A program made the position numbers and the translations under genes. From Deltaproteobacteria bacterium (GTDB lineage: Bacteria > Myxococcota > Kuafuiibacteriia > Kuafuiibacteriales > Kuafuiibacteriaceae): a stretch of 64,000 bases of DNA. The DNA is taken from the NCBI GenBank assembly GCA_040218735.1, contig JAVJQW010000042.1:1-64000 (forward strand). Reading direction: 5' to 3'. The notes under the pieces were generated by a model. That model saw only the letters and a list, made by a program, of their open reading frames with translations. It had not been told where the DNA came from and searched no databases. Shown piece by piece: positions 28,009 to 38,250 of this stretch (positions are counted from its first letter, which is position 1; each line of letters begins with the position of its first letter).

Positions 28009-29760
28009 TCAATGATACTTGAAGCTCGGCTCCGCGTTCGAGATGTCCGAGGGGCTGTCGAACTCCGCGAGGATCTCGCGGGGCATCGGGAACCAGCGCA
28101 GGTGCTGGAAGTCCTCGGTGAGCTCCGGGTCGCGCACGCGGTCGCGCTGGATGCGTTCGCCGGCGGCGGCGAGGATCTTCTTCGCCTCCTCGATGTACGT
28201 CTGTAGGACCCACTCGGGCTCAGACGCGTGGCGTGCGCGGTACTGGAGCTGCCCTTCGGAGTACTTCAGGTCGTGCAGGCGCATCTTCGCTTCCGGGCGG
28301 CCGTCGCGGTGGCGCCACTCGCCGCTCGCCGGATCGAAGTCGTAGTAAGGCAGCAGCTTCCAGCCTTCGTTCGCGACGAGGTCGACGGCGTCGATGATGA
28401 ACTCGAAGACCGCCTCGCTGATGAAGTAGTTGAAGTTCACCCGCACCCAGCCGGGTTTGATGCCTTCACACCCCTTCACGATCTCGCGTTCGAACTGCGC
28501 CGACGTCGTCAGATCGATCCCGAGCAACCGGTGCCCGTACGGCCCGGCGCACGAACACCCGCCGCGTGACTGGATGCCGAGCAGATCGTTCAGCAGCGCG
28601 ACGACGAAGTTGTGGTGCAGGTAGCGGTCGTTGTGCCGCACGACGAACGACACGATCGACAGACGCCACGCGTTCGGGTTGCCGAGGATTCGGATGTTGT
28701 CGTTCTTCGACCAGCGATCGATCGCGCGCCGGATGAAGCTCTTCTCGCGCTCCCGGATCGTCTCGACGCCGACCGCATCTTTCAGCTGGAACACCAACCC
28801 CGCGCGGATCGACTCGATGATCGCCGGCGTGCCGCCCTCTTCGCGGTGGACGATGTCGTCGAGGTAGCGGTGGTGCTCCGGGTTCACGTAGGCGACGGTG
28901 CCGCCGCCGGGCGTCGTCGGAACGCGGTTCTTGAACAGCGTGCGCTTGGCGATGAGGATGCCCGGCGTCCCGGGGCCGCCGATGCACTTGTGCGGGGAGA
29001 TGAAGACCGCGTCCTTGTAGATGAGGTCGCCGTCGGGGCGCTCGTCGCGCATGTTCATCTCGATGCGCACGTAGGGCCCGGCCGCCGCGAAGTCCCAGAA
29101 CGACAGCGCGCCGTGGGCGTGGAGCATCGCGGCGACGGCGCGGGTGTCGCTGCCGATGCCGGTGACGTTCGACGCCGCGGAGAAGCTGCCGATCCGCAGC
29201 GGGCGGTTCTTGAACTCGATGAGCTGCTGCTCGAGGACGCCGAGGTCGATTCGGCCGTCTGCGTCCTCGGGGATCGTGACGACCTCGCAGATCGACTCGC
29301 GCCACGGCAGCTCGTTCGAGTGGTGCTCGTACGGACCGATGAACACGACGGGGCGCTCGTTCGCCGGGATGTGGTCGGAGAGGTTGTAGCGTTCGTCGAG
29401 GTCCGCGGGGATGCGGAGCTGCAGGACCTCGATGAGTTTGTTGATCGCGCCCGTCGCGCCCGAGCCGCAGAAGATGACGACGTCACGTTCGTCGCCGCCG
29501 ACCGCCTTCAGGATGATGTCGCGCGCGTCTTCGCGGAACCGCGTCGTCTGCAGGCCGGTGCCGGACGTCTCCGTGTGGGTGTTCGCGTACAGCGGCATCA
29601 CCTCGTTGCGGATGAAGTCCTCGATGAAGGACAGGGACCGGCCGGATGCCGTGTAGTCCGCGTAGGTCACGCGGCGCGGGCCGAACGGGCCGTCGAGGAC
29701 CTCGCCGTTGCCGATGATCGAGGCGCGGATCGTGTCGATGAGCTGGGAGCCTTCCGCCAC
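28009..29760 (-). CDS. Aminotransferase class V-fold PLP enzyme (cysteine desulfurase-like)
   Basis: YADYTASG, EHHSNELPW, AASNVTG, SPHK, EEGGTP, RGGCSCAGPY. Confidence 0.9.
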   Translation of the reverse strand: MAEGSQLIDTIRASIIGNGEVLDGPFGPRRVTYADYTASGRSLSFIEDFIRNEVMPLYANTHTETSGTGLQTTRFREDARDIILKAVGGDERDVVIFCGSGATGAINKLIEVLQLRIPADLDERYNLSDHIPANERPVVFIGPYEHHSNELPWRESICEVVTIPEDADGRIDLGVLEQQLIEFKNRPLRIGSFSAASNVTGIGSDTRAVAAMLHAHGALSFWDFAAAGPYVRIEMNMRDERPDGDLIYKDAVFISPHKCIGGPGTPGILIAKRTLFKNRVPTTPGGGTVAYVNPEHHRYLDDIVHREEGGTPAIIESIRAGLVFQLKDAVGVETIREREKSFIRRAIDRWSKNDNIRILGNPNAWRLSIVSFVVRHNDRYLHHNFVVALLNDLLGIQSRGGCSCAGPYGHRLLGIDLTTSAQFEREIVKGCEGIKPGWVRVNFNYFISEAVFEFIIDAVDLVANEGWKLLPYYDFDPASGEWRHRDGRPEAKMRLHDLKYSEGQLQYRARHASEPEWVLQTYIEEAKKILAAAGERIQRDRVRDPELTEDFQHLRWFPMPREILAEFDSPSDISNAEPSFKYH

Positions 29761-29802
29761 GCCCCGGAGTCTAGGGGGTCGGGTGGCGGTCGAACACTCG
29801 AA

Positions 29803-30018
29803 TCAGGAGCGGGGCTCGATTTGCTCGACGTCGGAGCTCGAGGTGTAGCCGAACGCCCCGTAGACCAGCAGTCCGGCGATACCGAGCGCCAAGAGCAGGG
29901 CGGCGGCGACGTCCACGACGAGGCCGTTCTCGGACAGCGCGTCCCAGACGCCGGTGCGGTGGAGGACCAGCAGGGCCAGCCCGAAGAGTGCGATCACGTG
30001 GGAGACCGGGCGAATCAT
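29803..30018 (-). CDS. Small two-TM membrane protein
   Basis: Two hydrophobic segments, GC3-rich codons. Confidence 0.5.
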   Translation of the reverse strand: MIRPVSHVIALFGLALLVLHRTGVWDALSENGLVVDVAAALLLALGIAGLLVYGAFGYTSSSDVEQIEPRS

Positions 30019-30108
30019 GCCCGTTTCGTAGATCAAGGACCGCGCCAAGCTCGATCGCCGTGGCATCCGCCCAGGGGTGTCCCGGTATCGCGCACCTGAG
30101 GCGGATCG

Positions 30109-31833
30109 TCACGCGGTCCGAGCGAGCACGAGTTGCAGACGGTCGAGGTCGATCGGCTTGCTGAGGACGGTGGCGTCGAGGCGCATGGCCTTGGCGCGGA
30201 CGTCTTCGTCGCCGAACGCGGTGATCAGGACGACCGGCGTCTTCCAGCCGCGCTGACGCACCCCCTCGAGGACGGACAGACCGGAGACGCCGGGCATGCG
30301 GACGTCGCTGACGATGACGTCCGGCGGCGAGAAGTTCTCGTCGAAGAGCATCTTGCCGCCGAGGTGCTCGAGCACCTCCGTGCCGCTCGACAGCGCGGTG
30401 ACGTGGAAGCCTTCCGCCTCGAGCAGTTTGGTGAGCGACCAGCGCAGCTCGTCGTCGTCCTCCGCCAAGAGGAGTCGACGCGGGCCTTCGAGCGCGCTGC
30501 GATCGGGATCGTCGTTCGCCGTCTCGGCCGTCGCGACCTCGCCGCCACCACCGAGCCAGCCCTCTTCACGGTAGCGCCGGAGCCGGTAGTGCACCTTGCG
30601 CACCGAGATGCCGAGCGCGTTCGCCGTCGCCTGCGCGTTCTCGCCGAGCGACTGGTAGGTCAAGAGTATGGCGCTGCGCTCCAGCTCCTCGAGTGTCATC
30701 CCGGGCGCGCGCGCCATCGGGACGCGGGTCGGCTCGTGCTGCGGGACGAGGTGCGGGGGCAGGTGGCCTTCCTCGACGCGCTGCGCGCCGGCGCGTTGAA
30801 CGGCGTAGCGCGCGACGTTTTGCAGCTCACGGATGTTGCCGGGCCAGTCGTGGCCGGCGAGGCGCATGAGCGCGCGAGGCGTCGTCGTGCGCTGGGTGCC
30901 CACGAAGTGCTCCCACAGCAGGCGGATGTCGATGCGGCGTTCGCGTAGCGCGGGCATCTCGAGCCGGAGCTCGGTGAGGCGATCGTAGAGATCGCGCGAG
31001 AACGTCCCGTTCCCCGTGGCGGCGTCGAGCGAAGTCGTACCGTCGGGCCTGGTCGTGGTGGTCGCGAGGAGTCGCGGACCGACCGGGCTGGAGCTGTAGT
31101 ACGTGCCGCGCTGACGCAACGCCGCGATGACCCGCGTCTGGAGCGGCGCCGGGATCGTGTCGACCTCATCGAGGACGACCGTGCCGCGCTGCTCGACGGA
31201 CAGCGCGGACAACAACCCGCTTCGTGAGTCGAAGAGTTGGTGCTCGAGCTCGCGCTCGTCGTGCGTGGAGCATGCGACGACGCGGAAGTCGCTCGCGGCG
31301 GCGCCGGACAGTCGGTGGAGGATGTGGGCCGCGAGCATCTTGCCGCTGCCGGGTTCGCCGGAGATGAGGACGGTCGTCGGAGTGGCGGCCAGGTTGGCGA
31401 GTGACCGGCGCACGTTGCGCACCGCGGGGCTCTCGCCGATCAGCTCCATCGACGAGGTGTGAATCAGATCCGTTGCGCCGCCTGCGATCAGGTCCTCGAC
31501 GATGCGCGAGAGCACTTCGGGAGGGCTGTTTCGCTCGACGATGCGTGCGCCGTTGAGCTTCACGGCGAGGTCGATGACCTCCTGACTGGTCTCGCTGGCG
31601 ATCAGGACGACCGGGACGCCGTCGAGCGAACGGCTTAGACGATTCGCGAGACCGCGCTCGCTGGTCACCGTGCCGACCTCGGCTACGAATACGCTGAGGG
31701 AGTTCTTCGAGACCGCCGATTTTGCGGAGCCCGCGGGGATGGCCACGGTTGCAAAGTCGGGCGAGAGGCGATCGACGATCGCGCGGTCGTCCGCGCTTCG
31801 GAACAGCACCCCGACTTGTTTTGCGCTCGACAT
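30109..31833 (-). CDS. Atypical NtrC-like regulator (degenerate N-terminal receiver-like domain, AAA+ lacking GAFTGA, HTH, C-terminal REC)
   Basis: GEPGSGKM, LDEVD, WPGNIREL, TLEELER..HTH, then LLLAEDD...SDVRMPG...ITAF...KP. Confidence 0.85.
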   Translation of the reverse strand: MSSAKQVGVLFRSADDRAIVDRLSPDFATVAIPAGSAKSAVSKNSLSVFVAEVGTVTSERGLANRLSRSLDGVPVVLIASETSQEVIDLAVKLNGARIVERNSPPEVLSRIVEDLIAGGATDLIHTSSMELIGESPAVRNVRRSLANLAATPTTVLISGEPGSGKMLAAHILHRLSGAAASDFRVVACSTHDERELEHQLFDSRSGLLSALSVEQRGTVVLDEVDTIPAPLQTRVIAALRQRGTYYSSSPVGPRLLATTTTRPDGTTSLDAATGNGTFSRDLYDRLTELRLEMPALRERRIDIRLLWEHFVGTQRTTTPRALMRLAGHDWPGNIRELQNVARYAVQRAGAQRVEEGHLPPHLVPQHEPTRVPMARAPGMTLEELERSAILLTYQSLGENAQATANALGISVRKVHYRLRRYREEGWLGGGGEVATAETANDDPDRSALEGPRRLLLAEDDDELRWSLTKLLEAEGFHVTALSSGTEVLEHLGGKMLFDENFSPPDVIVSDVRMPGVSGLSVLEGVRQRGWKTPVVLITAFGDEDVRAKAMRLDATVLSKPIDLDRLQLVLARTA

Positions 31834-31950
31834 CGCACCATTTCAATCACTTCCCAGCGGGTTCTCCAAGCATGCTCGGATGAATCGCACGTTTTGCGCG
31901 GCGAGCCCTATGGAGCGAACACTCCGACTTCAGGCAACGTGCGACGACGC

Positions 31951-33195
31951 ATGACGGCGCCCAGTCCAGCCCGGCGGAGCGAAGACGCCCAGGCGACGGC
32001 GCTCATCATCGTGCCCGATCACCGGGTCACGACCACCGTCGAGCCGCTCTTGGCCGCCTTCCACGTGATCGTCGAGTCCTCGGTGCGCTCCAAGGTGTTC
32101 GAGACGGCGCGCCAGGGGCGCATCGACCTGGTCGTGCTGGTCGAGGACGACGCGAGCAAGCTGGCGTCCGGTCTGGCGGTCCTGTCGGAGATTTCGTACC
32201 TCGAGCACGTACCCGTGCTGGTGGTCGCGAGCGAGGGCGCCGACCTCGGTCCGCTTTTGGCGGGGCGCGCCGACGATGCGGTCCGGCGCCCGTTCACGCC
32301 CCTGGAGCTCCTCGCGCGGGCTCGGAACCTGGCCTACACGAAGAACACCCGCGACGCGCTCATGGAGCAGCTGGTCACGAGCCGGGACGAGCTCCACGCC
32401 GTCGTCACGCAGATCGTCGCGAAGCGACGCGAGCTCGAGTCGTCACTCCACGAGACGCGCCTCGCTCGGACGATCGCGGAGCGCGCGGCCGGGATGAAGA
32501 GCAACCTGCTGCGGATGATGGCGCACGAGCTCCGCACGCCCGTCGCCGCGGTGCAGCTGCAGATCGAGCTGCTGGAGCGCGACGGTCTCGAGACCGCGTC
32601 ACAGCGCGAGATCGTCGTACGAATGCGGCGCACGCTCTCGCGGTTGCTCGAGTTGATCGAGACGGCGCTCGAGTATGCGCGCATCGAGAGCGGACGTTAC
32701 GAGCTCCACGCCACCTCGTTCGCTTTGCAAGATACCTTGCACGAAGTCGCGAAGGACCACCTCCCGCTCGCCGAGCACAAGGGCCTCGAGCTCAACGTGG
32801 CGGCGGAGGTGATGCCGCAGGTCGCGTCCGACGAGAACCTCGTTCGTCTCGTCGCTTCGAACCTGTTGGGCAACGCGCTGAAGTTCACTTCGGAGGGCGG
32901 CGTCGTGGTGCGTGCGTGGCACGACGAAGATCGACACGTCTTCGCCGTGGAGGACACGGGCCCGGGCATTCCGCCCGAGCGTCACGCCGAGGTGTTCGAA
33001 CCGTTCAGCCGCGGAGACGACGTCCGCTTCCGAACCGGGACGGGCTCGGGCCTCGGCCTCGCCCTCGTCAAGGAGATGGTGAGCGCGCTCGGAGGTACGA
33101 TTCAGCTGTCGTCTGCGCCGACCGGCGGCGCGCGCTTCGAGGTCGCGATCCCGTCGGAGCCTTCCGCGCTTGCGCCGGACCGAGAGCCTGGCTAG
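31951..33195 (+). CDS. Hybrid sensor histidine kinase (degenerate REC + HisKA + HATPase)
   Basis: AHELRTP, NLLGNALKFT, DTGPGI, GSGLGLA. Confidence 0.9.
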   Translation: MTAPSPARRSEDAQATALIIVPDHRVTTTVEPLLAAFHVIVESSVRSKVFETARQGRIDLVVLVEDDASKLASGLAVLSEISYLEHVPVLVVASEGADLGPLLAGRADDAVRRPFTPLELLARARNLAYTKNTRDALMEQLVTSRDELHAVVTQIVAKRRELESSLHETRLARTIAERAAGMKSNLLRMMAHELRTPVAAVQLQIELLERDGLETASQREIVVRMRRTLSRLLELIETALEYARIESGRYELHATSFALQDTLHEVAKDHLPLAEHKGLELNVAAEVMPQVASDENLVRLVASNLLGNALKFTSEGGVVVRAWHDEDRHVFAVEDTGPGIPPERHAEVFEPFSRGDDVRFRTGTGSGLGLALVKEMVSALGGTIQLSSAPTGGARFEVAIPSEPSALAPDREPG

Positions 33196-33204
33196 GGATG
33201 CGCC

Positions 33205-34179
33205 ATGCTCGACGAACGCATGCGCCCGCGCCGTAACCGCAAGAACGAAGTCATCCGCTCCTGGCACCGCGAGACGTGGCTCGCGCCGCAGCACTTCGTG
33301 TACCCGGTGTTCGTCCACGGCAAGGCGGCCGTCGAGCCGATCGCATCCATGCCCGGCCAGTCGCGCATGGGCCTCGACGCGCTCAAGCGCGAGGTCGAGG
33401 GGGCGATGTCCGAGGGCATCAAGTCGATCGTCCTATTCCCGGCGATCGAGGAGAAACACAAGAGCAGCGACGGCAAGGAGAGCTACAACCCCGACGGGTT
33501 GGTGCCGCGGTTCATCCGCGCGCTGAAGAAGGAGTTCCCGGAGCTGGTGGTGTGCACCGACGTCGCGCTCGATCCGTACTCGAGCGACGGCCACGACGGC
33601 ATCGTCCGCGACGGCCGAATCCTCAACGACGAGACCGTCGAAGTGCTGTGCATGCAGGCGCTCGCGCAGGCCGACGCGGGGGCCGACGTGATCGCGCCGA
33701 GCGACATGATGGACGGTCGCGTCGGTGCGATCCGCGACGCGCTCGACGAACACGGCTACACCGACGTGTCGATCCTCTCGTACACCGCGAAGTACGCGTC
33801 CGCGTTCTACGGGCCGTTCCGCGACGCGCTCGATTCGGCGCCGAAGTTCGGGGACAAGAAGACCTACCAGATGGACCCGGCCAACGCGCGCGAGGCCAAA
33901 CGCGAAGCGGAGCTCGACGAGGCCGAGGGCGCCGACATCCTCATGGTCAAGCCGGCGGGCCCGTACCTCGACATCATCCGCGACCTCCGCGAGGAGAGCT
34001 CGCTCCCGATCGCCGCGTACCAGGTGAGCGGCGAGTACGCGATGATCAAGGCCGCCTGCCAAAACGGCTGGCTCGACGAGGACCGCGTGGTGCTGGAGAG
34101 CCTCACCGCGATCCGCCGGGCCGGGGCCGACGTCATCTTCACGTACTTCGCGCGCCAGGCGGCCAAGCTGCTCCGCTGA
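33205..34179 (+). CDS. hemB: Porphobilinogen synthase (ALA dehydratase), Asp-rich metal site
   Basis: DVALDPYSSDGHDG, APSDMMDGR, AKYASAFYGPFRDA, KTYQMDP, MVKP, AYQVSGEYAM. Confidence 0.97.
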   Translation: MLDERMRPRRNRKNEVIRSWHRETWLAPQHFVYPVFVHGKAAVEPIASMPGQSRMGLDALKREVEGAMSEGIKSIVLFPAIEEKHKSSDGKESYNPDGLVPRFIRALKKEFPELVVCTDVALDPYSSDGHDGIVRDGRILNDETVEVLCMQALAQADAGADVIAPSDMMDGRVGAIRDALDEHGYTDVSILSYTAKYASAFYGPFRDALDSAPKFGDKKTYQMDPANAREAKREAELDEAEGADILMVKPAGPYLDIIRDLREESSLPIAAYQVSGEYAMIKAACQNGWLDEDRVVLESLTAIRRAGADVIFTYFARQAAKLLR

Positions 34180-34215
34180 CCCCCGTCGCGCGGGGGAAAC
34201 GATCCTTTACAGGGC

Positions 34216-34250
34216 GTAAGGTCTTCATTACCTACCGTCGGTAGGTGAAG
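34216..34250. promoter_or_regulatory. Palindromic putative operator overlapping the start of the mod regulator
   Basis: ACCTACCG-T-CGGTAGGT (34230-34246) covers the GTG start; also GTAA-N8-TTAC (34216-34231). Confidence 0.45.
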
Positions 34251-35321
34251 GGGCAGGTGATCGTACGCGTGCGAGAGCGTCGTGAGGCGCACGGGCTCTC
34301 GCAGGCCGCGCTCGCGGAGCGGGCGGAGATCTCTCGGCAGGCGCTAATCGCGATCGAGGCGGGGCGGCAGGTCCCGTCGACCGCGATCGCGCTGCGGCTC
34401 GCGGATGTCCTGTCGTGCCGCGTCGAAGATCTGTTCGGGCTCGAACGCGGCGCCGAGCTGACGGTGCGCGGTTCGCTTCGACCGGGTGCGCGCGCATTGG
34501 TGGGTCGCGTGGGTGGCGCGTGGGTCGCGCACGGTCCGGCCCGCGCGAACCAAGCCGCCGACGCCGTCGCGCTGCGCGGCGACGCGGAGGGGGCGGTGGT
34601 CGAGCCGCTGTTCGACGTCGACGCGCTCGAGAAGAACGTGTTCATCGCGGGGTGTGCGCCGATCCTGGGGCTGCTCGGGGAGCGGCTCGGTGTGTTCCCC
34701 GCGGACGTCCGTCTGCGGTGGCTCCCGGTCGGGAGCACGGCCGCGCTCGATCGACTGAAGGACGAGTCGGTGCACTTCGCGGGCTGTCACCTCGTCGACC
34801 GGCGCACCGGCGAGTGCAACGTGCCGGCGGTGCGCGCGCGCTTCGAGGAGCGGATGTACGTCGTGAATCTGGTGCGGTGGCGGCAAGGTCTGTTGCTCGC
34901 GCCGGGCAACCCGCTCGGGGTCGAGGATCCCTCGGAGCTCTTGCAACGTAGCCTGCGGATCGCGTGGCGCGAGCGCGGATCGGAAGCGCTCAAGCTCCTG
35001 CTCCGCGCGACGGGCGTGCGCAAGCCGGGGGAGGGGCTGCGCGCGACGAGCCACGTCGAGGTCGCGCAGGCGATCGCGCTCGGCGCCGCCGATGCGGGCG
35101 TCGCGATCGAGAGTGAAGCGATCGCACACGGTCTCGACTTCCTTCCGCTGACGGAGGAGCGCTTCGACCTCGTCGTCCCCGCGCGGTGGGCGAGCGACGC
35201 GCGCGTTCGCGCGGTGCTCGACGCGCTGGACCGGCCCCACCTACGCAGCGACATCCAGGCGATCGGCGGCTACGACGCGTCGTCGGCCGGGCACGTCGCG
35301 ACCGTGGAGGGGGCGGCGTGA
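34245..35321 (+). CDS. XRE-HTH + periplasmic-binding-like (molybdate-associated) transcriptional regulator
   Basis: [26 protein letters not shown]; [33 protein letters not shown]. Confidence 0.85.
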   Translation: MKGQVIVRVRERREAHGLSQAALAERAEISRQALIAIEAGRQVPSTAIALRLADVLSCRVEDLFGLERGAELTVRGSLRPGARALVGRVGGAWVAHGPARANQAADAVALRGDAEGAVVEPLFDVDALEKNVFIAGCAPILGLLGERLGVFPADVRLRWLPVGSTAALDRLKDESVHFAGCHLVDRRTGECNVPAVRARFEERMYVVNLVRWRQGLLLAPGNPLGVEDPSELLQRSLRIAWRERGSEALKLLLRATGVRKPGEGLRATSHVEVAQAIALGAADAGVAIESEAIAHGLDFLPLTEERFDLVVPARWASDARVRAVLDALDRPHLRSDIQAIGGYDASSAGHVATVEGAA

Positions 35322-36052
35322 ACGTACGTGTCGCGCCCTTTGGGTTCTTGTTGGTCTGCGCGTGCACGCAGACCTCGTCCCCGCTGGTGGTCTCGGCGGC
35401 GAGCTCTTTGACGGAGGTGCTTCGAGCGCTCGAGCCGCAGGTCGAGCGGAGCCTCGAGCGCGACGTCGACTTCGCGTTCGCGGGGAGTCAGGCACTTCGC
35501 CTCCAGATCGAGCAGGGCGCGCCGGTCGACGTCTTCCTCTCCGCAAACGCCGCGCACGTCGATGCGCTCGTCGCGGCCGGTCTGGGCGGAGCGCCCCGCC
35601 GCTTCGCGGCGAACGTGTTGACGGTGGCCGTGCCCGAGTCGAACCCGGCGGGGCTGGAGCGGTTCGAAGATCTCGGGCGTGCGTCGCGGATCGTGGTCGG
35701 CGCCGAGGAAGTGCCGGTCGGACGGTACACCGCCGAGGTGCTGGGGCGGGTGACGGCGCGGGACGACGCGCTCGCCGCGAGGATCCACCGCGCCGTCGTG
35801 TCGCGCGAGAACAACGTGCGGTTGGTGCTCGCGAAGGTCGAGCTGGGCGAGGCCGACGCGGCGATCGTGTACCGCACCGACGTCACGGGGCGACGCGTGA
35901 AGACGATCGAGATCCCTTCAGAGCTCCAGGTCGAAGCGAGTTACTTCGCGACGGTGATCGAGGACTCGGACGAAGCGCGTGCGTTCGTCGAGCTGTTGAC
36001 CGGGCCGGTGGGCCGCGCCGCCTTACGAGCCCACGGGTTCGTCGCGCGATGA
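35318..36052 (+). CDS. modA: Molybdate ABC transporter substrate-binding protein
   Basis: [45 protein letters not shown]. Confidence 0.92.
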   Translation: MNVRVAPFGFLLVCACTQTSSPLVVSAASSLTEVLRALEPQVERSLERDVDFAFAGSQALRLQIEQGAPVDVFLSANAAHVDALVAAGLGGAPRRFAANVLTVAVPESNPAGLERFEDLGRASRIVVGAEEVPVGRYTAEVLGRVTARDDALAARIHRAVVSRENNVRLVLAKVELGEADAAIVYRTDVTGRRVKTIEIPSELQVEASYFATVIEDSDEARAFVELLTGPVGRAALRAHGFVAR

Positions 36053-36813
36053 AGGGCGGTTGGCGACAGGCGGCGTTCGCGGCGCCGGGGTTTGTGTTGC
36101 TCGCGTTCCTCGCGGTGCCGCTGCTCGCGTTGGTGGTGACGACGTCCCCGTCGGAGCTCGCGTCCGGGCTCGCGCATCCGCTGGTCGGTCCGGCGCTGTG
36201 GCTCTCCGTCGAGACGAGCGTGATCAGTATGGCGATCGTCGTCGCGTGTGGCCTCCCGCTCGCGTGGATCATCGCTCGCGGACAGGGTCGGTGGGCGTCG
36301 GTGGTGGAGACGTTCGTCGCGCTGCCGATCGTCATTCCGCCCGCGGTCGCGGGCATCGCGTTGTTGCTCGCGTTCGGTCGGAGCGGTCCGCTCGGCGCGG
36401 CGGGGCTCCCGTTCACGACGGCGGCGGTCGTCGCCGCGCAGGTCACGGTGTCGGCGCCGTTCTTCCTGCAGTCGGCGATCGCGGGCTTCCGGAAGGTCGA
36501 CCCGGATCTGATCCTCGTCGCGCGCACGCTCGGCGCCTCCCCGGTCGCGACCTTCTTTCGCGTGACGATCCCCCTCGCGTGGCCGGCGATCCTCGCGGGG
36601 CTGGGCCTCGCGTGGGCGCGCGCGCTCGGCGAGTTCGGTGCGACGCTGTTGTTCGCGGGCAACCTCTCCGGCCGAACCCAGACGATGCCGCTCGCGATCT
36701 ACGCGGCGCTGGAGTCCGACGTGCGCGCGGCGCAGGCGCTCGCACTGTTGCTCGCCGTCGCGGCGTTCGGGCTGCTGCTCTTGCTGCGGCTCATCCCGAC
36801 GGGTGCACGATGA
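36049..36813 (+). CDS. modB: Molybdate ABC transporter permease
   Basis: [33 protein letters not shown]...TQTMPLAIY. Confidence 0.92.
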   Translation: MKGGWRQAAFAAPGFVLLAFLAVPLLALVVTTSPSELASGLAHPLVGPALWLSVETSVISMAIVVACGLPLAWIIARGQGRWASVVETFVALPIVIPPAVAGIALLLAFGRSGPLGAAGLPFTTAAVVAAQVTVSAPFFLQSAIAGFRKVDPDLILVARTLGASPVATFFRVTIPLAWPAILAGLGLAWARALGEFGATLLFAGNLSGRTQTMPLAIYAALESDVRAAQALALLLAVAAFGLLLLLRLIPTGAR

Positions 36814-37514
36814 GCTGGTCCGTTCGGCTGTCGGGTCGCCTCGGTGACCTGGACCTGTCACTCGCGTTCGAGTCCGACGCGAAGGTGGTCTGTGTCGTGG
36901 GGCCGAACGGTTCCGGCAAGACGACGCTCCTCCGCGCGATCGCCGGCGCGTCGTTGCCCGTCGAAGGGCACGTCTCGGTCGGCGAGCGGTTGCTCCTGGA
37001 CACGACGCGCGCCATCGACGTCCCGCCCGAGGCGCGCCGGGTCGGTTACGTGCCGCAGGGGTTCGGTCTGTTCCCGCACCTCACGGTCGGGGACAACGTC
37101 GGGTTCGGCGCACGCGACGACGTGCACGACGCGCTCGAGCGCTACGACTTGCTCGCCTACGCGGACCGGCCGGTGTCGGCGCTTTCGGGGGGAGAGCGTC
37201 AGCGTGTCGCGCTCGCGCGCGCGGTCGCGATGCGGCCGGCGTGTCTGCTGCTCGACGAGCCGCTGTCCGCGCTGGATGCGCAGACCCGCCGCACCACCCG
37301 CAAGGACCTCGCCGCGTACCTCGCGGCGGAGGCTGCGCCGGCGTTGGTCGTGACGCACGACGCTCGCGATGTCCGGGCGCTCGGGGCCGAGGTGGTGGCG
37401 GTCGAGGGGGGCGTCGTGGTGCAGCAGGGGCCCTGGACCGACCTGGCGGAGGGCCCGGCGTCGGCCTTTCTGGCCGAGCTCTTCGACGCGGATTTTGTTG
37501 CATCGCAACAATGA
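36810..37514 (+). CDS. modC: Molybdate ABC transporter ATP-binding protein (no TOBE extension)
   Basis: [37 protein letters not shown]. Confidence 0.9.
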   Translation: MSWSVRLSGRLGDLDLSLAFESDAKVVCVVGPNGSGKTTLLRAIAGASLPVEGHVSVGERLLLDTTRAIDVPPEARRVGYVPQGFGLFPHLTVGDNVGFGARDDVHDALERYDLLAYADRPVSALSGGERQRVALARAVAMRPACLLLDEPLSALDAQTRRTTRKDLAAYLAAEAAPALVVTHDARDVRALGAEVVAVEGGVVVQQGPWTDLAEGPASAFLAELFDADFVASQQ

Positions 37515-37597
37515 CCGGTTGACGCCACTGGCTGATTCACCCTAGATCCTCGGACTATGATGCTGCGGTGCGGTTCCTGGGTGTTGCGGTGCGGCAT
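37495..37597. promoter_or_regulatory. PhaR-like TGC-N3-GC boxes upstream of and overlapping the 37557 operon
   Basis: Palindrome TTGTTGC-ATC-GCAACAA (37495-37511), plus TGCTGC-GGT-GCGG (37561) and TGTTGC-GGT-GCGGCA (37582), 21 bp apart. Confidence 0.55.
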
Positions 37598-38246
37598 CCT
37601 GCTGCTCCTGGTGGGGTGTGACATCGAGGATGTGTACGTCTACCGGGACGGCGGGGTGGCGGAGGGGGGCGAGACCCCGATGGAGCAGACCCCGATGGAG
37701 CCGATGGATCCGGAGCGTCGGCCGCTCGGCTCGGAGTCGCAGATCCTGGCGTTCCTCGACGGCAAGACCATCACGATGTCGGCCGACGCGGTGCCCACCC
37801 ACCCGAACGGGTTCGATTCGAACGTGAACTTCGGGCAGGCGTCGCAGTGCATCCACGAGGTGCAGATGTCGGTGGCGGCCGGGGCGTTCCGGGTCGAGAC
37901 CGCGATGGGCACGTTGATGGACGCGCCCGAGCTCGAGGACATCGGCACCTGCGATCGGTTCACGCCGGACGGCAACGGGCTGACGTTCGACACGACGGCC
38001 TCGCGTATCGAGAACGTGCGCGACGACGGCGGGTGCTTCGACATCACGCTGACGTACGCCGGCTTCGGTCAGGAGGGGCGCGGTTCGATCTCGAACGATC
38101 GCACCGAGATTCGCCTCGAGTTGTTCTTCAGAGATCAGGCGGTCGGACACCGCTGCGCCGACGGCGACGTCGGCGACCCCACCATTACGCTCAACCAGGA
38201 AGCGTTCACAGGCGACGCGGTGCAGCGCTACCGCGTCGAGGAGTGA
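37557..38246 (+). CDS. Hypothetical lipoprotein with 4-Cys domain, paralog of the C-terminal domain at 52408-53004
   Basis: Lipobox LVGC; shares LDGKT, HPNG, NFGQA.QC, GTLM, QEGRG, LELFF.DQAVGHRCADGDVGD with its paralog. Confidence 0.8.
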   Translation: MMLRCGSWVLRCGILLLLVGCDIEDVYVYRDGGVAEGGETPMEQTPMEPMDPERRPLGSESQILAFLDGKTITMSADAVPTHPNGFDSNVNFGQASQCIHEVQMSVAAGAFRVETAMGTLMDAPELEDIGTCDRFTPDGNGLTFDTTASRIENVRDDGGCFDITLTYAGFGQEGRGSISNDRTEIRLELFFRDQAVGHRCADGDVGDPTITLNQEAFTGDAVQRYRVEE

Positions 38247-38250
38247 TGCC

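Noticed and set aside
28009-29760. Class V PLP enzyme as part of the radical SAM cluster
   Set aside because: Convergent orientation and a widespread stand-alone family; adjacency alone is not evidence
31834-31950. Sigma54 promoter (TCGCACGTTTTGC)
   Set aside because: Lacks the GG at -24 and has the wrong spacing to TTGC
33205-34179. Plant/cyanobacteria-like HemB metal site as a sign of horizontal transfer
   Set aside because: Asp-rich, zinc-independent ALADs are common in bacteria and codon usage matches the neighbours
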